Virus record (IMG/VR): IMGVR_UViG_3300030107_003727
Strand: one strand, 5' to 3'
Origin: an uncultured virus (IMG/VR IMGVR_UViG_3300030107_003727)
Lineage: Duplodnaviria; Heunggongvirae; Uroviricota; Caudoviricetes
Length of the DNA: 20,000 nucleotides
In this document: positions 1 to 9,576 of the stretch, in pieces
How the letters are laid out: each line of letters begins with the position of its first letter
How positions within the stretch are numbered: the stretch's first letter is position 1
Notes under the pieces: model-generated
Databases searched by the model: none
What the model saw: the letters and a program-made list of their open reading frames with translations, nothing else
Told to the model about the DNA's origin: nothing
Program-made: the position numbers and the translations under genes

Positions 1-2
1 TA

Positions 3-3000
3 AAGATTCGTGCAAAAGCAGAAGCCGACGTACGACAAGAAATAGAAGAAGAAACCAGCGCACAGGCGTGGCTAGACAGAGAAGACTCCGGCCCATCACC
101 ACGGGACAAGGTTGGCCCAAGAACCCCAGTCGAAGGTGTTCCTCCCGCTGAACAAGTTGTTGCTGCTGCCCAAGAGGCTGCCCTGCCTTTGCCAACAGAT
201 CCCGAAGAGGGGACAGATGCTCGTCAGGAGCGGCGAAGCGCCCCAAGGCGGTTTGTTGAACGACTTGTTAAGCGGTACAAAAACGCAGGCAAGGTAAAGG
301 GTGATGTTGTTGAAGCGCCCTCGCAAGAAGCAAAAGATTTGCAAGACGCAATGATGCAAATTGGCGTGCCCGTGGTATTTGTTGAAGGAATGACTGGGGG
401 TGAGGCTGCTGTGCGTGACCGCGACACAGGGGTTATCTTGGTCAACGCAGCAAACTTCTCTGATATTGCAAGTCCTGAAATCAGGAACACTGCAATCTCC
501 GCAGTCGTTGCTCACGAGTTTGTACACACGCTCCAATCAGAACACCCGCAGGCATACGCCGCGTTGACCAAAGCACTTGGTGATGTAAGTCCTGAGTTGT
601 TTATGGAGTCTGCTCGCGCCTTCCTTGTTGACAAAGCGGCAACACGAGCAAGAGAGAAAGGCATCGAGTTGCCCGATCAAGACTTCACTGATTCGGAGTT
701 GATTGATCTCATCAAGAACAACCCAGAGGTTGCTCTTGAGATTGTTCCATACGCGGTGCAAAACCTTGTTGAGAACATTACTGTTGACGCTGAAGGCAAG
801 GTCGGAACAGGCACAAAGAAATACCAGCGCGAAGCACTTGTCAACGCAATGAAAGGTATGCCGCGCAAAGGCTTAAATCGGTTCCTGTTTAGAATGCGAA
901 ACATGTTTACTGCCATGAAGTCAAGCGGAAGTTTGACTCAAGCATGGAAGAGCATGAAGAATTGGGACGCTTTGATTGATGCGTTCGAGATCGCGGCGGC
1001 TGACTTTGGTCAGGTTGGACCGTTGGACACAGAGGGGCCAGTCGGTCCAGACGGCGCTTTGCCGGAAGGTCGCGCGCCACCGCAACTGCCCGAAGGTCGT
1101 GACCCTGCTTTGCCAGAGGGTCGTAGCCCCGCTTTGCCACAAGGGCGCAATCCCGCTTTGCCAGAGGCAGAGACGCTCGAAGAGGCAATCGGTGCTGCAC
1201 TTGAAATTGCTGACTCCACCGAAAGTCTTGATGACATTCGTGAAGAGCGAGTTCGCGGGGCGGAAGGTAGACAGATGCAGTTTGAGTTCCCAGAAGGAAC
1301 TTCATCACATGTGTTTGAGCAACCCGTTGTTGACCCGCCAGTGCAAACTGACCCGCTTGACCGTTCGTCTACACGCGCAAAGCGAAGCCGTGCAAAAGAG
1401 TTGGCTGATCGCAGAAAACAGGTGGGTAAGGCGGCAGCAAACCACGCAAGGCGTTTGGCTAAACAGCGGCGCAAGATTGTGGCAGACAGAATCCTTTCTG
1501 AGCGGGCAGATACAGGGTCTAGCAATCCTCAACATGCCGCAAAAGGCATTGCAAGAAACATTGTTACTGAGTCTATGGATGCGGCGGAACAAGGTTTGCG
1601 CCTGACGCAAGGGCCGCCCACTAAAGCACAGGTTGTTCAGCAAACCATTCGAGACATGCTTGAAGAAGACCCAGAAGGGTATGAGGGCATTCTCCCCGCG
1701 CTTATTAATTACGCAGTTACTGATGGCGGCATGTCTCAGGCCGACGCTGAAGCCTTTGTATTTACTGCTACACAGAAGGGGCATATCAAAGAGGGACAGG
1801 CTGTTTTTGAACAGGGTATGTTCTCTGACTCGGTTGAAGTTGCAGTGAGTATGCGCGGCGACTTTGACCAAGACAATGTTGCCGATGAGGAAGTTGATTA
1901 CGACGCATCCAGAATTCCGCGTAACTGGGAGTCCAGAACCCTACCGACAAGAGACAAAAGTTTTGGGCGTTTGCACAAGAAGTTTGGTCGCCCCAAAATT
2001 ACAGTCACAGGAAGAACCGAAGTCCAGTCCGATAACGCTTACGACCTTATGAGGCAGGCTGCATACGAAGAATTTAACTTGTCCGACAGTGATTTCCAAG
2101 ATTTGTTTGATGAAATACAGAACGGGACTGCGGACCCCCAAGCACAACAGTTGTTTATAGACATCCAAGATGAGTTAGACGTTCACGAAAACTACTACAA
2201 ATCAAGAGTCACAACAGGAACACCCATTGATATTGGCGACTTGGCAAAGGAAGAACTTCCCGATCTTTCGGTGGGTGGTTATCTTGCTGTTGAGGTAGAG
2301 ATTCCTCCACCCGCCGGACATATCCCGCAAAGGGCTATGGATTTGGATTCAAACCAACGCCGAAGAAGGGGATCGCAAGATGAAACTATGCTTGGCCCTC
2401 ATACGCCAAGAGCGCGCGAGTGGTTGGAAAGACAGCCTAACTACATATTGAGAATCGTCATGGACGGTGAAACGGGAGACGGCAGTGTTGGACTTTCGTT
2501 TATGGTCGCTGCTCCGGGCAGTAGAGATATGGATTATGGGCAGCAAATCAATCAGCCCAAAGAGGTCTCGCAATACATTTTCGGCGTTGTAGATCGTGTG
2601 GTCCGTTCTGCTGGTGCAAAAGGATTGTTTGACCGTGGTGGAGCAGCGTTTAGTGGATCAGACAACAACCCTAAGCGGCAAGATTTGTACCGCAGATATG
2701 TGTACCAAGTTGCCGCCGCTTTGCGAAACCGTGGGGTTCGGTCGGCTGTTGTCGAATCCTACAACTTGGCTGGCGGTGGCAGTACATCGGCATTTGTTCT
2801 TCAAGATGAAGATGGCAAGATCAACTCTGGAACCGAACAAGGTACTGCCATTGTCAACAACTTGGAGAGGACGAGACGGACAAACGAAAATGTAATAGAT
2901 GGAATCGAAAACGCAATAAGTTCATTTAGCCAGCCAGACATTCTTCCTGACAACGTGGTTCGTGCTGCTGAAAATGTTGTTCTTGCTTTGACTGACGTTA

Positions 3001-5954
3001 GCCTAATGGCTAATGACCAAACACAACAGGTTTCCAACAACAAGTTCAAGGACCGCACCCCTGAAGAAAGCCGTCAAGACTTTGAAAACCAGATAAATAA
3101 GCACAATGATGTTATTGACAAGATTGATGTTTTAGTCGAAGTTGCGGGTGAAGCAAGGCTGCGAGCATCAGCCAATGGTGACTCTGCGCTTGTGGCGGCA
3201 CTGGATCAATTTGTGGAAGTGAAAGAGAGGGTTCACCTAACTAGGGTTACTTTGGATGTCCCGCCAAGCGCAAAAGTAGACGTTGATGTTAAGTATGACG
3301 CATCCATGATGAACGGGCGGTCGTTGGCTGGACTGTTTAGAAGCCGTGGCGACTTGCCGCCCGGTGTGTTTGACGCAAAGTTCCGCAAAGACTCACGCAT
3401 CCGTGCGGCACAGGATCAGGTCAACTTCCGCGCCTCACAACTTTCGGCTGCTGTATCTGCTGAAGCAAAAGAAGCGGGCATGAGCAAAGAGCAGTTGACG
3501 CAACTGGTTGACTTGGCATTGAAAGATACGCGGATGATGGAAAAGTTGCCATCCAGAACCCGCACCGCTGCGGAAGGGATGCGGAATGACATTGACAAGA
3601 TGACCGACCTGCTGATTGACATTGGTGCAATCTCTGGTGAATTGGCTGTATCTGTTCGAGCAAACAAAGGCTTTTATGTCCACCGATCCTATCGCGTGTT
3701 TGACGACCCTAACTGGGCAAAGAAGGTTCCAAAAGACGTACGAAACAAAATGAAAAGATACCTCATCCGCACTGCTGCGGAAGATGGCAAAAGGATGACT
3801 GATGAAGAGGCAGAAATTATTGTCAAACAACTTTTGCTCAAAGGTGCTGAGTCTGATTCACCAATGGCTATTCTTGCATCGGGTAAAGGTGGCGTTGTTG
3901 CTGATGTATTGAAGCGGCGCAAAAAAATCGCTCCAGAACTTGCCGCCCTATGGGGTGAGTACGACGACCCGAATGTCAACTACGGCAAGTCCATGCAAAA
4001 GATGGCGCAACTTGCTGCAACGTGGCGGTTCACAAATGAAACTGCAAGAGAAGGTTCTGGGTCGTTTATCTTTGACGAAGCACAGGGTGACGCGGTTGTG
4101 CAGTTCCCAACCGACAGGGGCCGGTATGGTGGTCTTGCAGGCAAGTACACCACTCCCGAGTTTATGAACGCTTGGGAGAATGCGCACACTACTGAGACTA
4201 ACACTAGCGCAGTGGCTGGCGTGTATTACCGGGGTGTTGCTGCGGTCAAGTGGGGCAAAACCATTGGTTCGCCAATGACCCATGTTAGGAACATGGTTGG
4301 CAACATTGGCTTTGCTATCGCCAACGGTCATGTTGGGTTGAATAGTGCTGGTGCGGTAGCAGACCTTTGGAACACGATGCCATTCGTCAAGTCATGGAAG
4401 AGCGGAGAGAAAGAGAGGGCGCAGCAGGAGTACAACAGACTTGTTGAACTTGGGGTTGTGCAGGGCGGCAATGTTCAAGACATTATTGACTTGATTGATG
4501 CTGCAAACGAAACGGGCTTGACTGTTCCTGACTTCCTTAAACAGTTGCAGGACAACACTGTTGCTCGTGTTGCTGGCAAATCTGCTGAGGCTTTGATTGA
4601 TGCTGCAAACCGGCTGTACTCGTTTGAAGACGACGCATGGAAAATTTATGCGTTCTCGTTTGAGAAGCAGCGTTATGAAGAGGCTTACACCAAGGCGGGA
4701 CAGCCTGTACCAACAGACCTTGATGAGCGTGTTGCAAAAATAATTAGGGACACTTACCCGAACTACAACATGCCGGGTCGTTTGCTTCGTGGTTTGCGTC
4801 GCACCCCGTTTGTAGGCACGTTTGTGTCATTCCCGTTTGAGGTGCTGCGTACGGGTGTGGAGCGTTTGCGTATTACCCACGGGGAATTGAGCGACCCCGT
4901 ACTTCGCGGTATCGGCATGAAGCGTGCGATGGGACAACTTGTTGCATACAACATGGGCTGGTCATTTGCAAAAACAGTGACTGCACTGTTTGGTATCGAC
5001 GAGGACGAAGTTGATGCACTGCGAGAAATGGTTCCACCGTGGGCGCAAAACTCTCCGCTGATCGTGTACAAAAATGAGAAGGGCCAATACGAGTACATTG
5101 ACATTGGCTACACCGATCCGTTTGCGTACTTTGCAAGACCTGTTTATGCGTTGATGCGTGGAGAGAGTTTCAACGAAGCCATGTTCGGATCTTCGGACGG
5201 CCTGCGTCGTGGTGCTATGGATGAGATTCTTGCACCATTCATTGAAGAAGACATGGTGTTTGGTTCACTTCTTGAGGCTTACAACGGAAAGACCAAGAGT
5301 GGTCGCCCGCTGTACGCTCGTGCAGATAGCCGAATGATAAAAATTCAGAAACTTGCCGAACATATTGCTGGCGACTTTGCACCGGGCGCATACAACCAGT
5401 TGTTCAAAATTCCGATGCGTATTTTGCAGGACAAGACTGATGACTACGGCAATTCCTACAACTGGAGAAGTCACGCTCTGTCAATCGCAACAGGGTTTAA
5501 GCAACAGCCAATTAATCCTGAGCAGGCTTTCTCGTTCCACTGCCGAACCTTTGCCAAAATGGAGATCGAACTTCGTGGTCAGTTGACGCGAGTGGCCGGT
5601 CGTGCAGGCACAGTTGACGACAGCGAGTTAGAGTTTGCGTACAACACCGTGAACGCGGCGCGCGAGCAAAACCTCAGGGGCTTCCAGCGTATCCTGAGGG
5701 CGGCTGATCGTTTGAATATCCCAGAACGCCGCCGCGCAGAGTTGATGTATTCAGCAGGGGTAGCGCGCAAAAATATCCCAGCGTTGATTCGGAACGTACA
5801 CATTCCGGTACAGATCGACTCAGATTTCCTTGAGCGGAATGTGCGAAGATCCAAACTCAACAACCCTGATGCCCCGTTGTCGCAGCGAGATGAAACCAGA
5901 CGGCGCTTGCTCAAACTGCGCGCGCTGCAAAAGGAAGCAACCTCAAGTCGTTAG
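3..5954 (+). CDS. Very large phage protein (5'-truncated, >1980 aa), probable internal virion/ejection or polyvalent protein with a zincin-like HExxH motif
   Basis: The frame of ORF 189..5954 is open back to position 3 (KIRAKAEADVRQ...), so the true start lies upstream of the window. Contains AHEFVH (HExxH, 513-527), an LPEGRxP repeat and a long helical C-terminal region typical of large phage internal proteins. Function is inferred. Confidence 0.7.
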   Translation, partial: KIRAKAEADVRQEIEEETSAQAWLDREDSGPSPRDKVGPRTPVEGVPPAEQVVAAAQEAALPLPTDPEEGTDARQERRSAPRRFVERLVKRYKNAGKVKGDVVEAPSQEAKDLQDAMMQIGVPVVFVEGMTGGEAAVRDRDTGVILVNAANFSDIASPEIRNTAISAVVAHEFVHTLQSEHPQAYAALTKALGDVSPELFMESARAFLVDKAATRAREKGIELPDQDFTDSELIDLIKNNPEVALEIVPYAVQNLVENITVDAEGKVGTGTKKYQREALVNAMKGMPRKGLNRFLFRMRNMFTAMKSSGSLTQAWKSMKNWDALIDAFEIAAADFGQVGPLDTEGPVGPDGALPEGRAPPQLPEGRDPALPEGRSPALPQGRNPALPEAETLEEAIGAALEIADSTESLDDIREERVRGAEGRQMQFEFPEGTSSHVFEQPVVDPPVQTDPLDRSSTRAKRSRAKELADRRKQVGKAAANHARRLAKQRRKIVADRILSERADTGSSNPQHAAKGIARNIVTESMDAAEQGLRLTQGPPTKAQVVQQTIRDMLEEDPEGYEGILPALINYAVTDGGMSQADAEAFVFTATQKGHIKEGQAVFEQGMFSDSVEVAVSMRGDFDQDNVADEEVDYDASRIPRNWESRTLPTRDKSFGRLHKKFGRPKITVTGRTEVQSDNAYDLMRQAAYEEFNLSDSDFQDLFDEIQNGTADPQAQQLFIDIQDELDVHENYYKSRVTTGTPIDIGDLAKEELPDLSVGGYLAVEVEIPPPAGHIPQRAMDLDSNQRRRRGSQDETMLGPHTPRAREWLERQPNYILRIVMDGETGDGSVGLSFMVAAPGSRDMDYGQQINQPKEVSQYIFGVVDRVVRSAGAKGLFDRGGAAFSGSDNNPKRQDLYRRYVYQVAAALRNRGVRSAVVESYNLAGGGSTSAFVLQDEDGKINSGTEQGTAIVNNLERTRRTNENVIDGIENAISSFSQPDILPDNVVRAAENVVLALTDVSLMANDQTQQVSNNKFKDRTPEESRQDFENQINKHNDVIDKIDVLVEVAGEARLRASANGDSALVAALDQFVEVKERVHLTRVTLDVPPSAKVDVDVKYDASMMNGRSLAGLFRSRGDLPPGVFDAKFRKDSRIRAAQDQVNFRASQLSAAVSAEAKEAGMSKEQLTQLVDLALKDTRMMEKLPSRTRTAAEGMRNDIDKMTDLLIDIGAISGELAVSVRANKGFYVHRSYRVFDDPNWAKKVPKDVRNKMKRYLIRTAAEDGKRMTDEEAEIIVKQLLLKGAESDSPMAILASGKGGVVADVLKRRKKIAPELAALWGEYDDPNVNYGKSMQKMAQLAATWRFTNETAREGSGSFIFDEAQGDAVVQFPTDRGRYGGLAGKYTTPEFMNAWENAHTTETNTSAVAGVYYRGVAAVKWGKTIGSPMTHVRNMVGNIGFAIANGHVGLNSAGAVADLWNTMPFVKSWKSGEKERAQQEYNRLVELGVVQGGNVQDIIDLIDAANETGLTVPDFLKQLQDNTVARVAGKSAEALIDAANRLYSFEDDAWKIYAFSFEKQRYEEAYTKAGQPVPTDLDERVAKIIRDTYPNYNMPGRLLRGLRRTPFVGTFVSFPFEVLRTGVERLRITHGELSDPVLRGIGMKRAMGQLVAYNMGWSFAKTVTALFGIDEDEVDALREMVPPWAQNSPLIVYKNEKGQYEYIDIGYTDPFAYFARPVYALMRGESFNEAMFGSSDGLRRGAMDEILAPFIEEDMVFGSLLEAYNGKTKSGRPLYARADSRMIKIQKLAEHIAGDFAPGAYNQLFKIPMRILQDKTDDYGNSYNWRSHALSIATGFKQQPINPEQAFSFHCRTFAKMEIELRGQLTRVAGRAGTVDDSELEFAYNTVNAAREQNLRGFQRILRAADRLNIPERRRAELMYSAGVARKNIPALIRNVHIPVQIDSDFLERNVRRSKLNNPDAPLSQRDETRRRLLKLRALQKEATSSR
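1056..1166 (+). repeat. Intragenic tandem repeat of ~24 bp encoding (A/Q)LP(E/Q)GRxP, about 4.5 copies
   Basis: Protein reads ALPEGRAPPQLPEGRDPALPEGRSPALPQGRNPALPE. The DNA units differ at synonymous positions. Confidence 0.9.
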
Positions 5955-6022
5955 ACCTGAGGTTGCTTCAGCCGGGGGGGTTGTCGCCTCGCCGCACACG
6001 CGGACCTTATTCGAGGCAAACA

Positions 6023-6050
6023 CCAAGGGGGAGGGTGGATTCCCCCTTGG
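6023..6050 (-). terminator. Probable intrinsic terminator between convergent genes
   Basis: 10 bp perfect stem CCAAGGGGGA/TCCCCCTTGG with an 8 nt loop, 13 nt after the stop of the minus-strand SSB-like gene. Followed by TGTTT on the minus strand. Confidence 0.7.
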
Positions 6051-6062
6051 CGCGGAGGTGTG

Positions 6063-6440
6063 TCAGAAGGGAACTTCGTCTTGGTTTACAGGTTGTTGCG
6101 GAGCAACAGGCTGCTGAGGGGGAGATGTTTGCGCAGCCCCCTGTGGAAGACGACAACGGACACATGGCATCACCCGTCCTTGGAATGATGCTTGGTCTTG
6201 ATACAGTTCAATCTGACGACCTGCCCACTGCTCAGTTTGAGGACCGAGGGCACTGGACAGGGTGTTTGCGTTTGTCTTGTTCAAGACAAACTTTTGTTGA
6301 GATTCATTGAAAGAGATTGCGGGTTTTTGAGTTCCATCCTGCATCTGTTCGATTGACACGTCAGCAATCGTCAGAGTCCGTGGCTGCGCCACATCCGCCG
6401 CCTTGAAATATGTTCCGGGGAAAGCATCGTTGATATTCAT
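6063..6440 (-). CDS. Putative phage single-stranded DNA-binding/annealing protein
   Basis: N-terminal FPGTYFKAADV, beta-rich core, Q/P-rich linker and an acidic C-terminal tail ending DEVPF as in SSBs. Co-transcribed with the RecE-like gene. Confidence 0.65.
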   Translation of the reverse strand: MNINDAFPGTYFKAADVAQPRTLTIADVSIEQMQDGTQKPAISFNESQQKFVLNKTNANTLSSALGPQTEQWAGRQIELYQDQASFQGRVMPCVRCRLPQGAAQTSPPQQPVAPQQPVNQDEVPF

Positions 6441-6452
6441 GTTGAAGTTCCT

Positions 6453-7277
6453 TCAAATAGTTAGAGGTTCGTGTTCAATAGCCCAGTCAGGAAGAGATAG
6501 GGTTTCCGGCGAGAGACTGTATGCCGGATAGTTCCCAGATGCTACACACTCTGTCCATTGTGTCAACACCCTTTTGTAATTTTTTCTCCCCTGTTCTACG
6601 GCTTTCCCATCCAGCAGGTACACACCCACTGCAAACGGGGCTGTTTTCTCAACTGCGATTATACAAAATCCGCAGTTTTTTTTCTCGCCGTGTTCCATAC
6701 CGTCCTTGTAGAACGCGGCTTGTGTGTGATATCCAAACTTTGCAATGCTGTTTGCAAACTTTGGCCCCGCATCTTGCGTGGTCTTGAGGTCAACAATCAT
6801 GGGCTTTTGCCTGCCTTTGCCTGCAAGCAAAAGGTCGATACGGCCTTTGCAGTCAACACCCGTGTCAGGGTCACGCCAAGTAATCGTTTGCTCCACTTGC
6901 CCTTTACGCTTGAACAGGGGGGCAGCGGCAGGGTGACTTCGGACAGAATCGCGCATTTTCATAGCGATATCCCAGTCTTCCTGTTTGCAAATCACACGGT
7001 CAGAGTTGACTTGTATGAAATCCTCATACTCAAGTTTGCCAGCCTTGGTGCGCCGGTCAATTTTGGGCATGATTGCGTACATATCCCTGACATATTCTTC
7101 TTCAAGAACCACCGCATGCACAAGTGAACCGAGAGAAAGCGCATCACTTTCGTATGAAATCTCACCGTCAAGGTAAGCCTTCATGTGTGCCATACTTCTC
7201 AGCCCATGCTTAATTGCACTTTGATTCATCAAAGGCAAAGCCCTGTATTGCTCTTCATCAATGTTAGATAAGCCCAT
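6453..7277 (-). CDS. recE: RecE-like exodeoxyribonuclease VIII (PD-(D/E)xK, DUF3799-like)
   Basis: Motifs LGSLVHAVVLE, CKGRIDLL, IVDLKTT, YHTQAAFY, IAVEKTAPF. Start moved to ATG 7277, which has GGAGG (7286-7290) 8 nt upstream. Confidence 0.88.
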   Translation of the reverse strand: MGLSNIDEEQYRALPLMNQSAIKHGLRSMAHMKAYLDGEISYESDALSLGSLVHAVVLEEEYVRDMYAIMPKIDRRTKAGKLEYEDFIQVNSDRVICKQEDWDIAMKMRDSVRSHPAAAPLFKRKGQVEQTITWRDPDTGVDCKGRIDLLLAGKGRQKPMIVDLKTTQDAGPKFANSIAKFGYHTQAAFYKDGMEHGEKKNCGFCIIAVEKTAPFAVGVYLLDGKAVEQGRKNYKRVLTQWTECVASGNYPAYSLSPETLSLPDWAIEHEPLTI

Positions 7278-7308
7278 ATTTATGTCCTCCAAACTGGGGT
7301 TGAAAGGG

Positions 7309-7338
7309 GTTGTACCAAAACTGGCGAGGCCGTGTCAA
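7309..7338 (-). promoter_or_regulatory. Leftward sigma70-type promoter
   Basis: Minus strand TTGACA (7338-7333), 18 nt spacer, TACAAC (7314-7309) preceded by TGG (extended -10). Points into the recE-like gene. Confidence 0.55.
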
Positions 7339-7361
7339 GCAAAAAAATCAGATTCTTTTGG

Positions 7362-7390
7362 TTGACATGGTAAGATAGATATTGTACACT
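7362..7390 (+). promoter_or_regulatory. Rightward sigma70-type promoter of the replication operon
   Basis: TTGACA (7362-7367), 17 nt spacer, TACACT (7385-7390), with an A/T-rich tract upstream. Confidence 0.8.
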
Positions 7391-7396
7391 GTCTGC

Positions 7397-7666
7397 ATGG
7401 ATGCAACTGACATGCAAAACAAGATCCGAGAGATCCGGGCACTGCTTGCAAACACTGCTCTCCTCTCGACCAAACTGGACACACCAGTTCTGGACAAGAA
7501 GGCGGTGATGGTACACATTCAAGCGGTGGACAATCATCTCAAACTTGCATCTCCAGATGTCATGTGCGGGTACTGCTCAGGGCAGGGTTGCCGCGCATGC
7601 AAAGAGACTGGTTGGATGAGCAAAGAATTCGCTGCAATGCAGCCCAAGGAGTTCCATGCTTCGTGA
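7397..7666 (+). CDS. Small hypothetical protein with a CxxC-x4-CxxC zinc-finger-like motif
   Basis: CGYCSGQGCRACKETG. Start set at ATG 7397 because the annotated TTG 7382 lies within the promoter; ATG 7412 is an alternative. Overlaps the helicase start. Confidence 0.7.
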   Translation: MDATDMQNKIREIRALLANTALLSTKLDTPVLDKKAVMVHIQAVDNHLKLASPDVMCGYCSGQGCRACKETGWMSKEFAAMQPKEFHAS

Positions 7667-9413
7667 TTACCAGCACCAAGCAATCGCTGCTGCATCCGAT
7701 TCTTTGTCAAAGAATCGGTCGTGCTTGCTGGTTGCTGCAACTGGCGTGGGCAAGACCACCATCTTCTGCGAAATCATTCGCAGAGCCTTGAGTAAAGGCA
7801 AGCGTGTTTGTGTGATGGCGCACCGTGACGAGTTGATTCGCCAAGCCGCCAGCCGTATTGAGCAAATTGCTGGTGTTCAACCAGAAATTGAGAAGGCTGG
7901 CCAGTGGGCCAAAGGTGATGTCCCAGTCTTTGTTACTTCGGTGCAAACCATGAATGCAAAATGGATTTTAGACCGAAGATTTCAGCGTTTTCAGCCTGAT
8001 GACTGGGATTTGCTCATCATTGACGAGGCGCATCACGCGCTTGCTCAGTCGTATCGAAACGTCATAGACCACTTTCAAAAAAACCCCAAACACAAAGTGA
8101 TTGGGGTAACTGCTACCCCTGACCGTGGGGACCAACTTGGACTTGGGGAAATTTTTGACGACTGCCCGTTTCAGTACGAAATTGGTGACGCTGTTTGTGA
8201 TGGGTGGCTTGTGCCGATCCGCCAGCAGTACGTCACCGTGGGCAGCCTTGACTACTCTGAGATCAAGACAAGGCTAGGCGACCTTTGCGGCGGAGACTTG
8301 GCCGAGGTGCTGGAGCAAGAAAAAAACATACATGGCATGGTTTCGCCAACCCTTGAATTACTCAAGGGCAAAAGTGCAATCGTGTTTTGTGCAACTGTTC
8401 GGCAGGCAGAAATGGCCGCCGAAGTATTCAATCGACATAAGGAGGGCATTGCAGCATGTGTCCATGGAAAGACCAGCCCGGAGGATCGGGCGGACATTCT
8501 TGCGCGATTTGCGGATGGATCACTTCAATTTGTGACGAATGTTGGAGTGCTTACCGAGGGCTTCGACGCGCCCCGGTGCGACGCAGTCGTGATGATGACA
8601 GCGACCAAGGTTCGGGCGAAGTACGTCCAATGCGTGGGTCGTGCGACGAGGCCGATCACCCCACCTTTGCAGACGATGACGAAGGAGCAGCGGGTGGAGG
8701 CCATCGGGTCGAGTGAGAAACCCTTTTGCACAGTCATCGACTTCAAGGGTAACTCTGGTCGCCACAAACTGATAGGCATGGTGGACGTACTTGCCGGCAA
8801 CAGGCCAGAAGGTGTTGTTGACCGTGCAAAACGAATCATCGCCGACGAGGGTGTGGCCGACCCAGAGGATGCGCTCCGCATGGCGGAGATTCGGGAGGAA
8901 GAGGAGAAGCAAAGGGAAGAGGCCCGTCAGCGCGAGATTTTGCGGAAAGCAAAAGTCAAACTCAAAGCCGATTACCACGCCAGAGAGGTAGACCCTTTTG
9001 CACGATTTGACATGACCCCCGTACATCCGTCTGATCCCAAGGAGCAGCCATCTGAAAAGCAGCAGGCCATGTTGATGAACAACGGGGTAGATCCCACAGG
9101 ATTGACGCGCAAACAGGCCGGAAGATTGGTTGGAGATATTATGATGCGGAGAAAACTTGGCCGTCCAAGTCTAAAGCAAGAAGCAATCCTTGACCGATAT
9201 AACCTTACAGCACGATCCTCATTCGAGGCTAAAGCACTGATCGACGAGATCGCTGCTGCTGGATGGAAACTACCTAATGCACCTTCTGGACGAGAACCTG
9301 AAACTTCTGTTCTTTCTGGCTCGGATGCAAAAGAGCAAAGGCCACTTCCGCAGGTGGACGGTGGACGAACTGGTGAGCGAGACATACCTGATCGCCCGCC
9401 CGGCGGTGGATAA
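7656..9413 (+). CDS. Superfamily 2 DEAH-type helicase (ResIII/SSL2-like)
   Basis: Q motif LRDYQ, Walker A ATGVGKT, DEAHH, TATP, LTEGFDAP, QCVGRATR. The C-terminal end is uncertain (see findings). Confidence 0.93.
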   Translation: MLRDYQHQAIAAASDSLSKNRSCLLVAATGVGKTTIFCEIIRRALSKGKRVCVMAHRDELIRQAASRIEQIAGVQPEIEKAGQWAKGDVPVFVTSVQTMNAKWILDRRFQRFQPDDWDLLIIDEAHHALAQSYRNVIDHFQKNPKHKVIGVTATPDRGDQLGLGEIFDDCPFQYEIGDAVCDGWLVPIRQQYVTVGSLDYSEIKTRLGDLCGGDLAEVLEQEKNIHGMVSPTLELLKGKSAIVFCATVRQAEMAAEVFNRHKEGIAACVHGKTSPEDRADILARFADGSLQFVTNVGVLTEGFDAPRCDAVVMMTATKVRAKYVQCVGRATRPITPPLQTMTKEQRVEAIGSSEKPFCTVIDFKGNSGRHKLIGMVDVLAGNRPEGVVDRAKRIIADEGVADPEDALRMAEIREEEEKQREEARQREILRKAKVKLKADYHAREVDPFARFDMTPVHPSDPKEQPSEKQQAMLMNNGVDPTGLTRKQAGRLVGDIMMRRKLGRPSLKQEAILDRYNLTARSSFEAKALIDEIAAAGWKLPNAPSGREPETSVLSGSDAKEQRPLPQVDGGRTGERDIPDRPPGGG

Positions 9414-9576
9414 AAGATTTGACCCCAACAAGGGGTCGCTGTCGCGGTTCCTGACGCGAATTATTATTCAGGATGTCAACTACAAGTACCGCCGTTTGCA
9501 TGGTGCAGTAAGGCGGAGAATTGATGGAAAGAACGTATGGGTTCAACTGGAAAGACCGAACGAAATAGATTTCTGA
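9277..9576 (+). CDS. Small protein resembling sigma70 region 2
   Basis: DELVSETYLIARPAVDKRFDPNKGSLSRFLTRII resembles the sigma region 2.2-2.3 pattern DLxQEGxxxLxxAVxKFDPxKGxxFxTYA. Too short to contain region 4. Confidence 0.55.
   Translation: MHLLDENLKLLFFLARMQKSKGHFRRWTVDELVSETYLIARPAVDKRFDPNKGSLSRFLTRIIIQDVNYKYRRLHGAVRRRIDGKNVWVQLERPNEIDF

Noticed and set aside
1857..1874. GDFDQD in the giant protein resembles the DFDGD/DFDID catalytic loop of two-barrel RNA polymerases (crAss-like virion RNAP)
   Set aside because: It lies in an acidic linker-like stretch and I see no other double-psi beta-barrel motifs. Probably chance; a structure prediction would settle it.
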